64,000 nt of DNA from an uncultured Oscillospiraceae bacterium (GTDB lineage Bacteria; Bacillota; Clostridia; Saccharofermentanales; UBA5734), in contig CAZZCN010000001.1 in assembly GCA_964652975.1 (NCBI GenBank), positions 27,191-91,190 on the forward strand, read 5' to 3'. The notes under the pieces are model-generated. The model worked only from the letters and a program-made list of their open reading frames with translations. It was not told where the DNA came from and ran no database searches. The translations under genes and the position numbers were made by a program. Below are positions 9,085-20,041 of the stretch, in pieces (position 1 is the first letter of the stretch; each line of letters starts with the position of its first letter).

Positions 9085-11307
9085 TCACCGCCCATCTTCA
9101 ATAAAATAACCTTTTGCCGGAATAGTATTGCCATCAATAATAATGTCTTTGTCTGTATAGTTGATTAAAATTGCCTTGCCGCTTTTATAATATGTTTTTG
9201 ACACGCCATTTTGGATATTTTCAAAATCAGTTATTATTGTGCTACCTGTTTTTTTGATAATTTCAGAATATTGTTTATACTGTTGCGTAATGCTTTCACG
9301 CCAAAATGCATAGTTTGTACCAATGTTATCATCAAGTACAGTGTTACGTAAAACTGTATCCGTATCTCTTACGGCGAGTGTATATTGCAGTCTCGAGCCT
9401 GTAGCTATGGCATTAAGAAAAAATTCATTAGGTGAATGGTTTAGGTTTAAAGGAGTTGTCGTGTAATCCACCAGTCCTGAAATGCTAAGTTGATAAAACG
9501 GGACAGCCTCATCAATAATATCCAGTTTATCGGTGCTTGTCGGAACGTTTGATAAAATATTTGCATATTTAAAAGCATAGGCATTTGAATTGGTCAACAA
9601 TAAGCTGCCTGCTCCGGTTTTTAATATTTCAAGCGAAGTTTCGAAGGCGGTCTGAGTTTGGTTTCTTTCAGATATAACACTTGAAAAATCAGAATAGTTT
9701 AAGCTGCCAAGACTATTAATTGCCAGGCCTGTTGCATTAAAATCCAAATAGCTTTTAATAATCTTTCGTGTATTGGCTTCAAGCAAGGATGGACGAACAA
9801 GAAACAATGTAGGCTTCGTTAAATCCTTGATAAAGGTGCTTGGCTTATAGAAACTTTGTCTCACAATAGAGCCATTCAAATTTTTTGCAGCCTCAAAATA
9901 TTTTTGGAAAGGATATCTTTCTTTGGTATAAGTAATTAAATCTGTTTGAGGATAAAACCCGATGCCGTTATCCTTCGCATATTCACTTAATGTCTTATAC
10001 GAGCTCCTGCCACCTAGCGCAACGCTTGGAGTGAGGCTTTTTGCAATATTTCCATTTATCTGCTCCGAAGTCCACTGTGTCAATCTTACATCAAAATCAT
10101 TAATACCTTGCTCTTTAAAATACTGCATTATATTTTTAGCATCTGAAAAAGTAGTTAAAGGCTTTGTAATTTCAAAAGGAATTCCTAAAAAGCTCGTTTT
10201 TTTCTTTATCGCCCCGATAAGGCTGATCAGCGGACCGATCCTGTTTTGCTTTTCTTTTAATCCGTCATGCTTAATCAAGTAACTTTTATAAGTTGCTGCC
10301 ATTTCTTTTAGCCCGTTTACGACACTCAATGGGAAATACCGTATTTCTATTAAAGGAAGTGAAGGCTTGGTTTCTTGATAAACCGCAAAGTTTTTGCTGC
10401 CTTCATAGCCTTGGTCCAAACTGTATGAACCAATTTTTCTTATTTCAAATGAGGAATATATATTATTATAGCTGTTCTTCTTTTGCGAGGTGGCGGCATG
10501 AATGACAGACTGCGAATCGCCCTCTGAAATCACTGCTAAAAAAGCACTTTTATTGTTCTTTATACCAAACACCGGCAGACGGATTGTCTCCTTGGAATTT
10601 CCCGTTACATCAGGTACAACAGATGCATCACCGCCATAAACAGGCTCGGAATATTCATTTGCGTAGGTTCTGCCATTGTTAAAATGTATTAAGCCACCAC
10701 TGCCATCGGGGACAAGCATAAATCCTCTGTCATTTAATCCTCCGGCTCCGAAAAACGGGGCTACATCAACTCCATAAATAGTATTTGTCCCTTTTTCTTC
10801 AATTTTAGAAACAGGAACTTTTATGGAGAAATAATCATCCAATAGCTGGACCTGTAAAGGAACCATGATTTTTAGCGATGGAAATGTAAAATCAAACTCT
10901 GCTCCGTTTTTCATAAGTCTGATTTTCATTCCGCCCTCGTTTAAACTGCTCGAAATATTATTTGTCGTGTTCAATTGGTTTGCAACGCTGTCGTAGTATG
11001 TAATAGAAAGAATCGAGGAGAGTAAAACCCTGTTGACACCTTTTGCTATTGAATCCTGGTCTACTCCGACAGGATTGGATAGTAATATTTGATTATCAGC
11101 CTTATTATAAAGTGCAAAGGTCGCTTTTTCCCTGTTGATGTATAAAGCCAGACTGTCATTTTCCGCCACGCACTCAGTAAATCCATCAATAGCAGGCTTT
11201 ACACCATCGGCATATGAAAAAATCCAAAGTTCTTCTTTATTCGATATAAAGGAACCTATCATACAAAATGTAAGCAATATGCAAATATATTTTTTGAATT
11301 TTTTCAT
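9085..11307 (-). CDS. DUF5696-like secreted protein
   Basis: N-terminal signal/anchor; GFMLVPDGSGGLIHFNN, LPVFGI, PLTTFSDA, VPFYQL motifs; typical position between a Yip1 gene and permeases. Confidence 0.78.
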   Translation of the reverse strand: MKKFKKYICILLTFCMIGSFISNKEELWIFSYADGVKPAIDGFTECVAENDSLALYINREKATFALYNKADNQILLSNPVGVDQDSIAKGVNRVLLSSILSITYYDSVANQLNTTNNISSSLNEGGMKIRLMKNGAEFDFTFPSLKIMVPLQVQLLDDYFSIKVPVSKIEEKGTNTIYGVDVAPFFGAGGLNDRGFMLVPDGSGGLIHFNNGRTYANEYSEPVYGGDASVVPDVTGNSKETIRLPVFGIKNNKSAFLAVISEGDSQSVIHAATSQKKNSYNNIYSSFEIRKIGSYSLDQGYEGSKNFAVYQETKPSLPLIEIRYFPLSVVNGLKEMAATYKSYLIKHDGLKEKQNRIGPLISLIGAIKKKTSFLGIPFEITKPLTTFSDAKNIMQYFKEQGINDFDVRLTQWTSEQINGNIAKSLTPSVALGGRSSYKTLSEYAKDNGIGFYPQTDLITYTKERYPFQKYFEAAKNLNGSIVRQSFYKPSTFIKDLTKPTLFLVRPSLLEANTRKIIKSYLDFNATGLAINSLGSLNYSDFSSVISERNQTQTAFETSLEILKTGAGSLLLTNSNAYAFKYANILSNVPTSTDKLDIIDEAVPFYQLSISGLVDYTTTPLNLNHSPNEFFLNAIATGSRLQYTLAVRDTDTVLRNTVLDDNIGTNYAFWRESITQQYKQYSEIIKKTGSTIITDFENIQNGVSKTYYKSGKAILINYTDKDIIIDGNTIPAKGYFIEDGR

Positions 11308-11347
11308 TAAGTCCATCCTTTCTGTAAATGTCGCACTTTCTTCTTTT

Positions 11348-13432
11348 CTATTTTAATCTGTATAAAAGTTCGGAAATAATTGCTCCGAAAAACGAAATCG
11401 ATTGCTGAATCAATCCAAAGGCTAAAAAAACAATAAATGCTATTATGGCAATCCCTAACATAGTAAGCAGAAGAGAAATTATTGTTTTCTTAAGTGTATA
11501 TTGATGAATTGCCAACAGACCACCGACAAGCACAGCAATGCTCCAGATCATTCCTCCCCATAAAAGCCATACTACATAGATCCATTCTTCAATTGTCAAT
11601 AAGTGACTTAACAGGACAGAGATATAAATTGTGGCGGTATAAGGGATTAATGAATAACCACAAACTGTGAAAATCTCCCTGAAACGTCCCTTGCCATCGA
11701 GCAAAGTGCAAACCCCCCAGTTAGAACTTACAAAGGCTATAAATAAAACAATTGTCTGAACAAACGGGAAAAATATATTAAAATCATCCGGGTTGGAATA
11801 ATTAAACCTAAAACCAGTCGCCTGACTTTTTAATATGGTGGCGGCAAAGAACAGCAAAACAATAACGGCTGGTACAAAATAGGAAAACTTTTTGTGATTC
11901 TTCAATTCTTCAGTGGTGCTGACAGGGTGAAACAAGACACTTAAATGCACGTGTTTTTCAATTTCTTTTTTGTCTTTTAAGCGATGCTTTTTGAGATAAC
12001 GAAAGAGAAAAATCAAACCTGCAAGTAAAATAATTGCGATAAAACATATTAGCGGGAATTTCGCCTTCAAAAAATCCGTACGATAAAGTGCAAATGCTTT
12101 TGAATTTTCAGCTCTGTTTTGAGCTTGTTGATAGTAATACTGTGCCTTATCGTTATTTCCTTCAGCCATCAATGCTTTTGCAATACCGTTGTATGCCATT
12201 TGATAGTTTGAGTCAAGCTTCAAAACCTTTTCCCATTCGCTTTTTGCATCTTCATACAAACCATCATTATAAGAATTAACGGCTTTATGAACTGCTATTC
12301 CAAATTCAGTAGGTATGAATGTCGTAATGGAAGCCTTGGCAGAATCCAGAACATAAATTTTATCTTCATAGCTTTCAATTGCAACCGGTAACTTAAATGT
12401 TCCTTCCTGCTGACCTATACCACCATAAATCAAAAGAAGATTACCTTTATTATCATATTGAAATATTCTTCCGCGAATGCTGTCAAGAATATTTATCAGG
12501 CCGTTTTCATCAACATTAATGTCAACAATTTGGCTAACTACAAACTTAGATGCAATAAAAGCAACTTCCAGGTCGCCGAAAGAATTTTGGTTGCGTAGGA
12601 CGTTCACTCCTTTAGGGTTAAGTTTTTTAACCCTGTCTGTTACCACAGCTGAAGATTGAGTGCAGGTATATATAAAACCTTTGTTGTCTATGTCAAAATT
12701 ATAAAATTCATCCGGTACATATTGAGATATAAGTTCATTTTGCTTTTTTGTCATAAGTTTTTTCCAGAACAAATCACCCAGTAAATTCAGTGTAACCTGA
12801 ACTCGATTACTGCCGTAAAAGCCATAAAAAGTGCCAGATGTGTCATAAACAACAGCACCTTGATAAAGACCGGCAGATATTACATAAATATAGCCGCTGT
12901 TATCAGCCACAACTTTCGAGGGCTTGTAGATATAATCCGATGGAATTAAATCTGACTGTGGTTTTGTGAGAAGATTGAATACATTACCTTCTATGTCACA
13001 AATTATTACTCTTGCATTGCCCGAATCTGCAATGTAAATTTTTTTCATTCTGTCTACGAATAGTCCGGTAGGATTGACAAGCTTCAAAATTTGACCTTTA
13101 TATTTAAAGTCACTGATGATTCTTGAATTATTAAAGTTTTCATCAGTAACAACAACACGCCCGTTACCACTGTCTAATATGTATATACCGCCATCACTGT
13201 CAATAAACATATCAGAAGGTGTTTTCAAATCAGATATTGCAGCTCCGCTTAAATCTTTTATGTTACTTGTCGTAGTAATCGCATGTGTAACATATCCTAT
13301 CTGTGATGGAACAGCTGTATTAAAGGAATTATATGTGTACCCCTTGTATGGCTCTATTGCTTGTACTGAAACTGGTGGTAAACAAACAATAATCAGCACT
13401 AAAGCCAATAAGATTATTCTAATTGTCTTCAT
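11348..13432 (-). CDS. NHL-repeat beta-propeller / TPR / Yip1-domain membrane protein
   Basis: NHL repeats (PSDMFID..IYILDSGN; PTGLFVD..IYIADSGN), TPR-like segment (WEKVLKLDSNYQMAYNGIAKA), TM helix, C-terminal multi-TM Yip1-like region (NWGVCTLLDGKG). Confidence 0.82.
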   Translation of the reverse strand: MKTIRIILLALVLIIVCLPPVSVQAIEPYKGYTYNSFNTAVPSQIGYVTHAITTTSNIKDLSGAAISDLKTPSDMFIDSDGGIYILDSGNGRVVVTDENFNNSRIISDFKYKGQILKLVNPTGLFVDRMKKIYIADSGNARVIICDIEGNVFNLLTKPQSDLIPSDYIYKPSKVVADNSGYIYVISAGLYQGAVVYDTSGTFYGFYGSNRVQVTLNLLGDLFWKKLMTKKQNELISQYVPDEFYNFDIDNKGFIYTCTQSSAVVTDRVKKLNPKGVNVLRNQNSFGDLEVAFIASKFVVSQIVDINVDENGLINILDSIRGRIFQYDNKGNLLLIYGGIGQQEGTFKLPVAIESYEDKIYVLDSAKASITTFIPTEFGIAVHKAVNSYNDGLYEDAKSEWEKVLKLDSNYQMAYNGIAKALMAEGNNDKAQYYYQQAQNRAENSKAFALYRTDFLKAKFPLICFIAIILLAGLIFLFRYLKKHRLKDKKEIEKHVHLSVLFHPVSTTEELKNHKKFSYFVPAVIVLLFFAATILKSQATGFRFNYSNPDDFNIFFPFVQTIVLFIAFVSSNWGVCTLLDGKGRFREIFTVCGYSLIPYTATIYISVLLSHLLTIEEWIYVVWLLWGGMIWSIAVLVGGLLAIHQYTLKKTIISLLLTMLGIAIIAFIVFLAFGLIQQSISFFGAIISELLYRLK

Positions 13433-13439
13433 TTGTCTG

Positions 13440-14300
13440 TTATTCCCCCTTGATCCCTGAATGTGCCATTGTTTCCAGTATCGAACTTTGCGATATTACA
13501 AATATAATAATAGGCGGAGTCATCAAAAACAATGCAACTGCTGACCCTGCTCCCGCTCTTGCAATTCCGGCGGTGGCAATTTGAGAAAGCACAGCTGGCA
13601 AGCCTTTTAATGTTTCATCATAAATATAATTGATTCCAGTTGCATTCCAGAACCCTTGAAATGCAAATATGATTAATGTGATCCAACCCGGTTTAACACT
13701 TGGCATAACGATATTCCAGAATATATGATATTCACCTGCTCCATCGATGCGAGCAGCCTCAATAATTTGAAAAGGAATTGTAGTCATAAACTGACGCATT
13801 AAAAATACACCGAAAGTACTTGAAAGTGCAGGAATAATCAGGGCAAAATATGTGTTGATCATACCTGTTCCGGAGAGAATTACGTAGGTAGGAACAGCAG
13901 TAACCTCAGTTCTGAACAAAATTGCCCAGACCACCAGCTGAAAAAATACAACGCTGCCTGGAAACTTAAACTTGGCCAATGGATAAGCTGCCAAGGAAGC
14001 AATTATTATATAGGTCACTGTACCAAAGCTCGCAACAAAAACGCTGTTAAAAAGATATCGCAGAAAAGGAACCCATAAATTAGAAGCAAGAGAAAACATC
14101 ATTGTAAAATTATCAAGTGTCGGATGCTGTGCAAAAAAGCGTGGAGGAAATAGAAACAACTCATTCAAAGGCTTAAATGCATTTACTACTGTATAAACAA
14201 GAGGTAAGACCATAAATAGACCGCCCAGGCACAGAAGCGAAAAAGCTGTCATATTTCCCCAGATGGAACGGGTTATTTTTTTTCTTTTAAAAATTTTCAT
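13440..14300 (-). CDS. Carbohydrate ABC transporter permease (MalG-like)
   Basis: FLMRQFMTTIPFQIIEAARIDGAG; AFKPLNELFLFPPRF. Confidence 0.92.
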   Translation of the reverse strand: MKIFKRKKITRSIWGNMTAFSLLCLGGLFMVLPLVYTVVNAFKPLNELFLFPPRFFAQHPTLDNFTMMFSLASNLWVPFLRYLFNSVFVASFGTVTYIIIASLAAYPLAKFKFPGSVVFFQLVVWAILFRTEVTAVPTYVILSGTGMINTYFALIIPALSSTFGVFLMRQFMTTIPFQIIEAARIDGAGEYHIFWNIVMPSVKPGWITLIIFAFQGFWNATGINYIYDETLKGLPAVLSQIATAGIARAGAGSAVALFLMTPPIIIFVISQSSILETMAHSGIKGE

Positions 14301-14338
14301 CCAAGCATCCTCCTCTCTTCTAAATAATAATTAAATAA

Positions 14339-15292
14339 TTAATTCCCTGATAGTTTTTTAAAGACACGGTTAATTACAACCCAGAACAACAGCATAATAC
14401 CGAATAAGAAGACTGCTATTGCAGATGCATATCCCATTTCAAAGCGTATTGTCCCATAATCAAGGATCTGTAAAAGAATAGTATTGGTAGAATAGTCGGT
14501 ACTCGGGAATCCGGTAAGAGCCATACTTTGATAACCAACAGCAAATGAAGCTGAAATGGTCATTACCGCTCCGAATAAAAGCTGTGGTGCCATTTGAGGT
14601 AATGTAACATACCAAAGTTCCTGATAACGATTGCGAACTCCATCTATTGCAGCCGCCTCATAATATTCAGGATTTATTGTCTGAAATCCCGCAACAAATG
14701 ATAAAAAACCTGCGCCCATGCTAAGCCAGATAATAACTAAAATAACAATTCCCATGTTATATTGTGCATCAGTGAGCCACTGAATAGGTTCTGTTACTAT
14801 GCCAAGACGCATAAGAGTGCTGTTGGCAAGCCCATATGTATCCCCTGCAAAAATAAAAAGCCATATAAAGAAAACATTGCCGGCAAGTGTTGGTGAGTAA
14901 AATACCAATGTTAAAAACGAACGGGAACGAGGAGAAAAATCATTGATAAACCATGCAACCAAAAAACTTAGGAAGAAACCCAACGGTCCTGTTACAGCTG
15001 CAAATATTAATGTGTTTCTAATACTGATGGGGAAAATGGAATCCTCAAAGAAAAGCCTTATATAGTTTGTAAGCCCTGTGAAATTCGGAAATCCAACCAT
15101 GTCAAAATCTGTAAAACTGATAATGATGGCAGATACAACAGGTAATAACCCAAATGTGATGAAAAGTATTGCAAACGGAGCCAGCATAGAGTAATACACA
15201 GCATTTGCTTTGACACTCTTTGCAAGACTTTGTCTATTTGCTATTGATTTAGGTGTTTTACTATTTAACACTTGCCTTTTCTCCTTCTTCAA
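14339..15292 (-). CDS. Carbohydrate ABC transporter permease (MalF-like)
   Basis: YYEAAAIDG; RFEMGYASAIA. Confidence 0.92.
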   Translation of the reverse strand: MKKEKRQVLNSKTPKSIANRQSLAKSVKANAVYYSMLAPFAILFITFGLLPVVSAIIISFTDFDMVGFPNFTGLTNYIRLFFEDSIFPISIRNTLIFAAVTGPLGFFLSFLVAWFINDFSPRSRSFLTLVFYSPTLAGNVFFIWLFIFAGDTYGLANSTLMRLGIVTEPIQWLTDAQYNMGIVILVIIWLSMGAGFLSFVAGFQTINPEYYEAAAIDGVRNRYQELWYVTLPQMAPQLLFGAVMTISASFAVGYQSMALTGFPSTDYSTNTILLQILDYGTIRFEMGYASAIAVFLFGIMLLFWVVINRVFKKLSGN

Positions 15293-15308
15293 TATTTCAC
15301 AAAACTAT

Positions 15309-18194
15309 TTAAGGCTTCCTTAACTTATTTCTATATTCTTTATTCTTTCGTTCAATTTCCGTATCAATATATTTTGCATATTTATTAAGAATTTCACGTT
15401 CATTGTAGTTGTAATATACAACATTTCGAAAAGCATTCGTTACGTTTCTTGTTACATCATAGCTGCTAGGTATTTGAGGAACTGCATAAACTGTTTTCCA
15501 TTGCTCCATCAACATATTATATTCATTGGTCTGCCAGGGAAGCATTTCCAATGATTTGATATTTGCAACATTATATCTGGCTGCCGGTCCCATAAGTCCC
15601 TCGATTTCAATTCCAAATTTCGCTTGAATCCGATCAGAAGTCCACCAGTCCAAAAAAGAAAAAGCGCTTTGTTTATCCTTTGATCTCTCCATCAATACAG
15701 ATGCAGTACCACTTGAGGTTTCAGCACGATTTATTGTTCCGTCCACTTTTTTTGTACCCGGTATTTTTGTCATTTTCCACAAACCCTTTAATTCAGGAGC
15801 CAATACATCCAGAATATTATATGTAGTATACGGGGCAATCCCCATTGGCATCTCTCCTGTTCTGAAACGATTGTAGAAATCATATACAAGCGGAACACTG
15901 TAATCCGTAAAAAAGTCTGTCCACATTTTAAAAGCATCTAATGCCTGTGTGGTATCAAAATTTGTTTTTGTTAGACTTTCATTAAAAAATGTCCCTCCGT
16001 TTTGATAGATAAGTGTTTCAAAAAAGCCCTGGTCCGTCGGAATACCAACATCCAGATTATTGTGCTGAATGATTGGAAGTATTTTGTAAAAATCATCCCA
16101 GTTATCTGGTGGATTTATGCCAAGTTCATTAAATATATCAGTTCTATAAAAGAGCATATTATAGTCCTGGGTATTGGGAATGGCATATATACCGCCATTG
16201 AATTGATATTTTACATAGGCTGAAGGATAAAAACGCTCTTCGATTTTCTTAAAGCCTTCAAAATTTTTTAAATTGGTAAGTGCTCCTCTCATCGCCAGGT
16301 TGACAGGCAGATCATTTGCAACAAGCAGTGCGATATCCGGCCCCTTGCCTGCAAGAGTAGCTTGAATCAAGGTATCGGATCCATTGACTAAATTCAGTTT
16401 CACTGCAGTATTAGTGTCAGGTGTAAATTGTTCATCAATCAATCCACGGACAATTTGTGCCTGGTCTCTCCCCGAATTTACCCAGACCTTGATACTCTTA
16501 TTTGCGTTGTCACCCTTTTTTAAAACTCCGATTGAGTTATAATCAATATAAAACGAACCCATGAACCCTTTAATTGCAAATGATATTTCCTCGAAAACGT
16601 CTGACTTTGCCTTAGGTGCTGATAAACCAGTTGGATAAAGTTCAAAGTAATCCAACTCCAAAGGTTGCTCCTTGATGCTAAGCAACCATGAGCCCAAAGA
16701 GCTTATGTTTCCCTTAAAAGAGTCAAGTCTCAAAGGAATAGAAGTTGGATTTTCAATAAAGCTGTCGATTTGATTTGCAAATTCCAGTAAAAATGATGCT
16801 TGTGACCCCTTGTTTTTTACAATACCTTCAACCACCCTGGCTTGTAACTTTAACTCAGATGATATAATCTTTAAGTCTTTAACAAGCCCTGGAATTGCCT
16901 TGTCTAAATTGTAATCTCTGTACCGGTCTGGAACTACGCCCGTAATTTGAATGACTTTCCTATATATATTATTCAGGGTGTAAACCATATTCTCAAGCTT
17001 TTTTAGTGTATCTGACATATCCCCCAAAATTGCTTCCAATGAAAAAGTATGCACTCCTTCTTCAAGATAGATTTTGTATGGCTTGTCACCGCCAGCCACT
17101 AAAACATACCAGTCAATATTAAAAGGGAATTGAATATTTCCTAATTCGTTATATAAGAGCTTGCCGTCAATCATAAGTCGTCTTGAGCTTATCATTCCAC
17201 GATTGTAATTTTGCTTGACACGAAAAGCAATACTATAGAGTCCTGTTTTATTTACCTTTACGTTATATGTTAATACCTGGCCTGGAATCTTCCAATTGTT
17301 TTGACCTATTGTATTCAGTAAAATAAGCGTCGGATCGGAAGGACTTGTTGCAGAAGATATTCTGTCAGTTGACGGAAAAAGCATAGGGCTTGATTTTAAA
17401 ATCGCATCCTCTCCCTCTACACGGACTCTATCATTGGCGACAGCATATCCACTTTTATCGTATTGTTCTTTTATCACACTGTAATCCGGACTGCTTTGCA
17501 GGGGTGAAATGATAAGTTTTTTAATATACGCCCCCTCTTGCGTGAATTTTATATAAACGCTATGCATTCCCGTCTCAAAAAATATTTTAAACGGCTCATT
17601 GTAATAGCCGTTGTTATCACTAAAATATTCTGTTGAATACCTCTTAATCTCAATTTGTTGTGGTCGAAGCTGATTTTTATTGACATCGGTTTTGAAGGGA
17701 AACACCTCGTTTGTATAGCTTCGTTTTAAGTTGACTTGCTTTGCTTGTGAAAAGAGAAATGCTCCATCAACCATAAAATCAAGGAGTATATCCCCACCCT
17801 TTTTTCCTCCTGCCGAATAATCCAAGCCTATATTGTAAAATCCGCTTGATAAAATCTCAAATGAAAATCTGGCTCCACTTGTTTCAGAGCTTAATGAAAT
17901 CATATGCTCTTTTGTATCAATATCTGTAGCCTTAAACTGCTGGCCATTATCATCCTTAGACAAAGCAGAATCAACAGTTACATTTATTTCACCCGATTTG
18001 ATGTTCTCATATTTTTTAATGTAGTCATCATAGCTGATAGATGTATCACTTGTGAGAATTTTTTGAGGTTCTTTATTCATCCCCGTGTTTTCAGCTGCCA
18101 TAATACTTAAAGGATACGAAAATACCGCAGTAATTACAATGAAAGTATAGCAAAAAGTAAATATATTGATTTTTTTATTGCTAAAAAGCTTCAA
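15309..18194 (-). CDS. Very large (961 aa) extracellular solute-binding protein with N-terminal beta-sandwich and helical extension
   Basis: C-terminal ~400 aa SBP_bac_1-like (GRDQAQI, GPDIAL, MLFYRTDIF, FYNRFRTGEMPMGI); N-terminal ~550 aa extra domains (VEGED, LNTIGQNNW); signal/anchor helix, no lipobox. Confidence 0.85.
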   Translation of the reverse strand: MKLFSNKKINIFTFCYTFIVITAVFSYPLSIMAAENTGMNKEPQKILTSDTSISYDDYIKKYENIKSGEINVTVDSALSKDDNGQQFKATDIDTKEHMISLSSETSGARFSFEILSSGFYNIGLDYSAGGKKGGDILLDFMVDGAFLFSQAKQVNLKRSYTNEVFPFKTDVNKNQLRPQQIEIKRYSTEYFSDNNGYYNEPFKIFFETGMHSVYIKFTQEGAYIKKLIISPLQSSPDYSVIKEQYDKSGYAVANDRVRVEGEDAILKSSPMLFPSTDRISSATSPSDPTLILLNTIGQNNWKIPGQVLTYNVKVNKTGLYSIAFRVKQNYNRGMISSRRLMIDGKLLYNELGNIQFPFNIDWYVLVAGGDKPYKIYLEEGVHTFSLEAILGDMSDTLKKLENMVYTLNNIYRKVIQITGVVPDRYRDYNLDKAIPGLVKDLKIISSELKLQARVVEGIVKNKGSQASFLLEFANQIDSFIENPTSIPLRLDSFKGNISSLGSWLLSIKEQPLELDYFELYPTGLSAPKAKSDVFEEISFAIKGFMGSFYIDYNSIGVLKKGDNANKSIKVWVNSGRDQAQIVRGLIDEQFTPDTNTAVKLNLVNGSDTLIQATLAGKGPDIALLVANDLPVNLAMRGALTNLKNFEGFKKIEERFYPSAYVKYQFNGGIYAIPNTQDYNMLFYRTDIFNELGINPPDNWDDFYKILPIIQHNNLDVGIPTDQGFFETLIYQNGGTFFNESLTKTNFDTTQALDAFKMWTDFFTDYSVPLVYDFYNRFRTGEMPMGIAPYTTYNILDVLAPELKGLWKMTKIPGTKKVDGTINRAETSSGTASVLMERSKDKQSAFSFLDWWTSDRIQAKFGIEIEGLMGPAARYNVANIKSLEMLPWQTNEYNMLMEQWKTVYAVPQIPSSYDVTRNVTNAFRNVVYYNYNEREILNKYAKYIDTEIERKNKEYRNKLRKP

Positions 18195-18541
18195 TGTGAT
18201 TTTATCTCCCTCATAGAAATTTAAGGTCCTTTATTCATCTATGCTACTATAATACAACATATAAAATACGATATCTTGTCTTTTTTTATCAATAACCGGT
18301 ACTATTTTGACTAATTAAATCTTAATCAATACTATATAATGTCTAATTTTTAGAAACATCATACAAATAATGTAATTAATATTTATATTTTATTATTGAA
18401 ATGTGCAATCAATTTTATAAAAGCACAACAATTTATTGTTGTTTTTTTGATTTATTTATTTACATATTCATTTTAGAATACTATAATGAATGTAAAAATA
18501 TGCATTTTAGCAGATGAGGGGGTGAACTTATTCTATATTTA

Positions 18542-19387
18542 ATGTCTGATAAGTATTTTAGCAAAAACATCGGGTTTAATTTCGAATTGTTTGAAAATGC
18601 TCAAATAATTCCGGATCATATTCATGATTATTACGAATTTTTTGTTATTTTATCCGGCAGGGCAATTCATACAATTAACGGGGAAACGCAAATTCTTTCA
18701 TCTGGTTCCTTGTATTTTATACGTCCCAACGACTATCATTCCTTTAAATCCATTTCAAATGAGAGTTTTAAAATTATTAACATGACATTTTCGGTCGAAT
18801 CTGTAAACGACTATTCTTCTTATATAGATAATAGTGAATTTTGGGATAATTTTATGATACAAAAGCAAATTCCTTTTATCACTCTTACACAGGTCGAAAT
18901 TGATGAATTATTTAAAAATTTGAATATGACAACTAATATTCAAAAGGGTCCTAAAGGTTTTACTTATTTAAATCGTTCTCTTCTATCTTTTCTATTTTAC
19001 AAACTTTTGTTTGCTGATCAACAGAACAATCAAAACAGCATACTCCAATGGTTTGATACGCTAATACTATCCATGCAGCAAAAAGAGAATTTTGTTGAGG
19101 GAATTCCGGCACTAATCAGAATTTCCGGGAAAAGTCACGAATATTTATGCAGGTCCTTCCAAAAGTATTTACAATGCTCACCCGTTGATTATATTAATTT
19201 TTTAAGGTTGAAATATGCAGAATTTATTTTGGTAAATACGAGATTTCCCATTTTAGATATCTCATTAGAATGTGGCTTCAATAATCTTAGCCATTTTAAT
19301 CATAAATTCAAGGAGGCTTATCATTGCTCTCCATCAGAATATCGAAAACAAAACAAGGAATTGCATGTACCTAGTGACAGCAATTAG
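18542..19387 (+). CDS. AraC-family transcriptional regulator (cupin + HTH), divergent from locus 1
   Basis: HIHDYYEFF cupin; ISLECGFNNLSHFNHKFKEAYHCSPSEYRK. Confidence 0.93.
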   Translation: MSDKYFSKNIGFNFELFENAQIIPDHIHDYYEFFVILSGRAIHTINGETQILSSGSLYFIRPNDYHSFKSISNESFKIINMTFSVESVNDYSSYIDNSEFWDNFMIQKQIPFITLTQVEIDELFKNLNMTTNIQKGPKGFTYLNRSLLSFLFYKLLFADQQNNQNSILQWFDTLILSMQQKENFVEGIPALIRISGKSHEYLCRSFQKYLQCSPVDYINFLRLKYAEFILVNTRFPILDISLECGFNNLSHFNHKFKEAYHCSPSEYRKQNKELHVPSDSN

Positions 19388-19610
19388 GCTTCTGAAACCA
19401 ATTCTATATTTTACGCAATTTAATAACAACTTTTAATGGCATTTCTTTCATCCGCTGCAAAGTTACCTTCAGCTAGAAAACCTTTCTCTGTCTCGTAATC
19501 GCTATATCCAAACCTTATATCACTCGCCATTTTTGGGCCCATCTACCCGCTGTACATTGCCTGCACTATTATTTATGGTACAAAAAAAAGTTTATATCAA
19601 TTATTTTAAC

Positions 19611-19894
19611 GTAAGGAGAAGTCCAAATACTTTCATCTCATGTCACATTAAAATTTACATCATAGGATTCGGATAGTATTGCACTTTGTTTTGTTAGATA
19701 AATATGACCTTCCTATATGTACCTTATATGTGATTTCCGTTCGTTAGTGCTAGACTTTGCCAGAGAACTTATAAGATATCTTTACTTACTTAAGATTCCG
19801 TCTCACAGCGGACACCCTGTCATTGTCTAACGGTTCCTGCTGTCTGGCCCGTTCGGGATTTGCACCCTATTGCAATATCCAATGTCGGACGAAT
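19611..19894 (-). mobile_element. Degenerate group IIC intron 5' fragment (about domain I; no DV/DVI, no RT ORF)
   Basis: Minus strand: ATTCGTCCGACAT..ATAGGGTGCAAATCCCGAAC..GGAACCGTTAG..AGGGTGTCCGCTGTGAGACGGAATCT..CATATAAGG..TAACAAAACAAAGT, matching recalled IIC domain I hallmarks; starts right after a terminator. Confidence 0.8.
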
Positions 19895-19895
19895 A

Positions 19896-19939
19896 TAAAA
19901 ACCCCCTGTATTCCTTTTATAGAATATCAGAGGGCTTTT
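19896..19939 (-). terminator. Rho-independent terminator ending locus 2
   Basis: AAAGCCCTCTGATATTC...GAATACAGGGGGTTTTT imperfect hairpin plus U-tract about 100 nt after the stop at 20042. Confidence 0.7.
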
Positions 19940-20041
19940 ACACTAATTAATTCTAGTTCTCCAACAAGAAATTTTTACGATTGAAATTTTGATAGTAATC
20001 TTTTTGCCTGGGTAATGAAATAAATTTACATTACGCATTTG

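Noticed and set aside
18425-18448. ACAACAAT-tt-ATTGTTGT plus T-run upstream of the first AraC
   Set aside because: AT-only stem with a 2-nt loop in a very AT-rich region; too weak to call a terminator or operator.
19420-19530. 36-aa minus-strand ORF (MASDIRFGYSDYETEKGFL...) next to the intron relic
   Set aside because: No RBS, no RT motifs and no recognisable family. It could be a gene scar but this cannot be supported.
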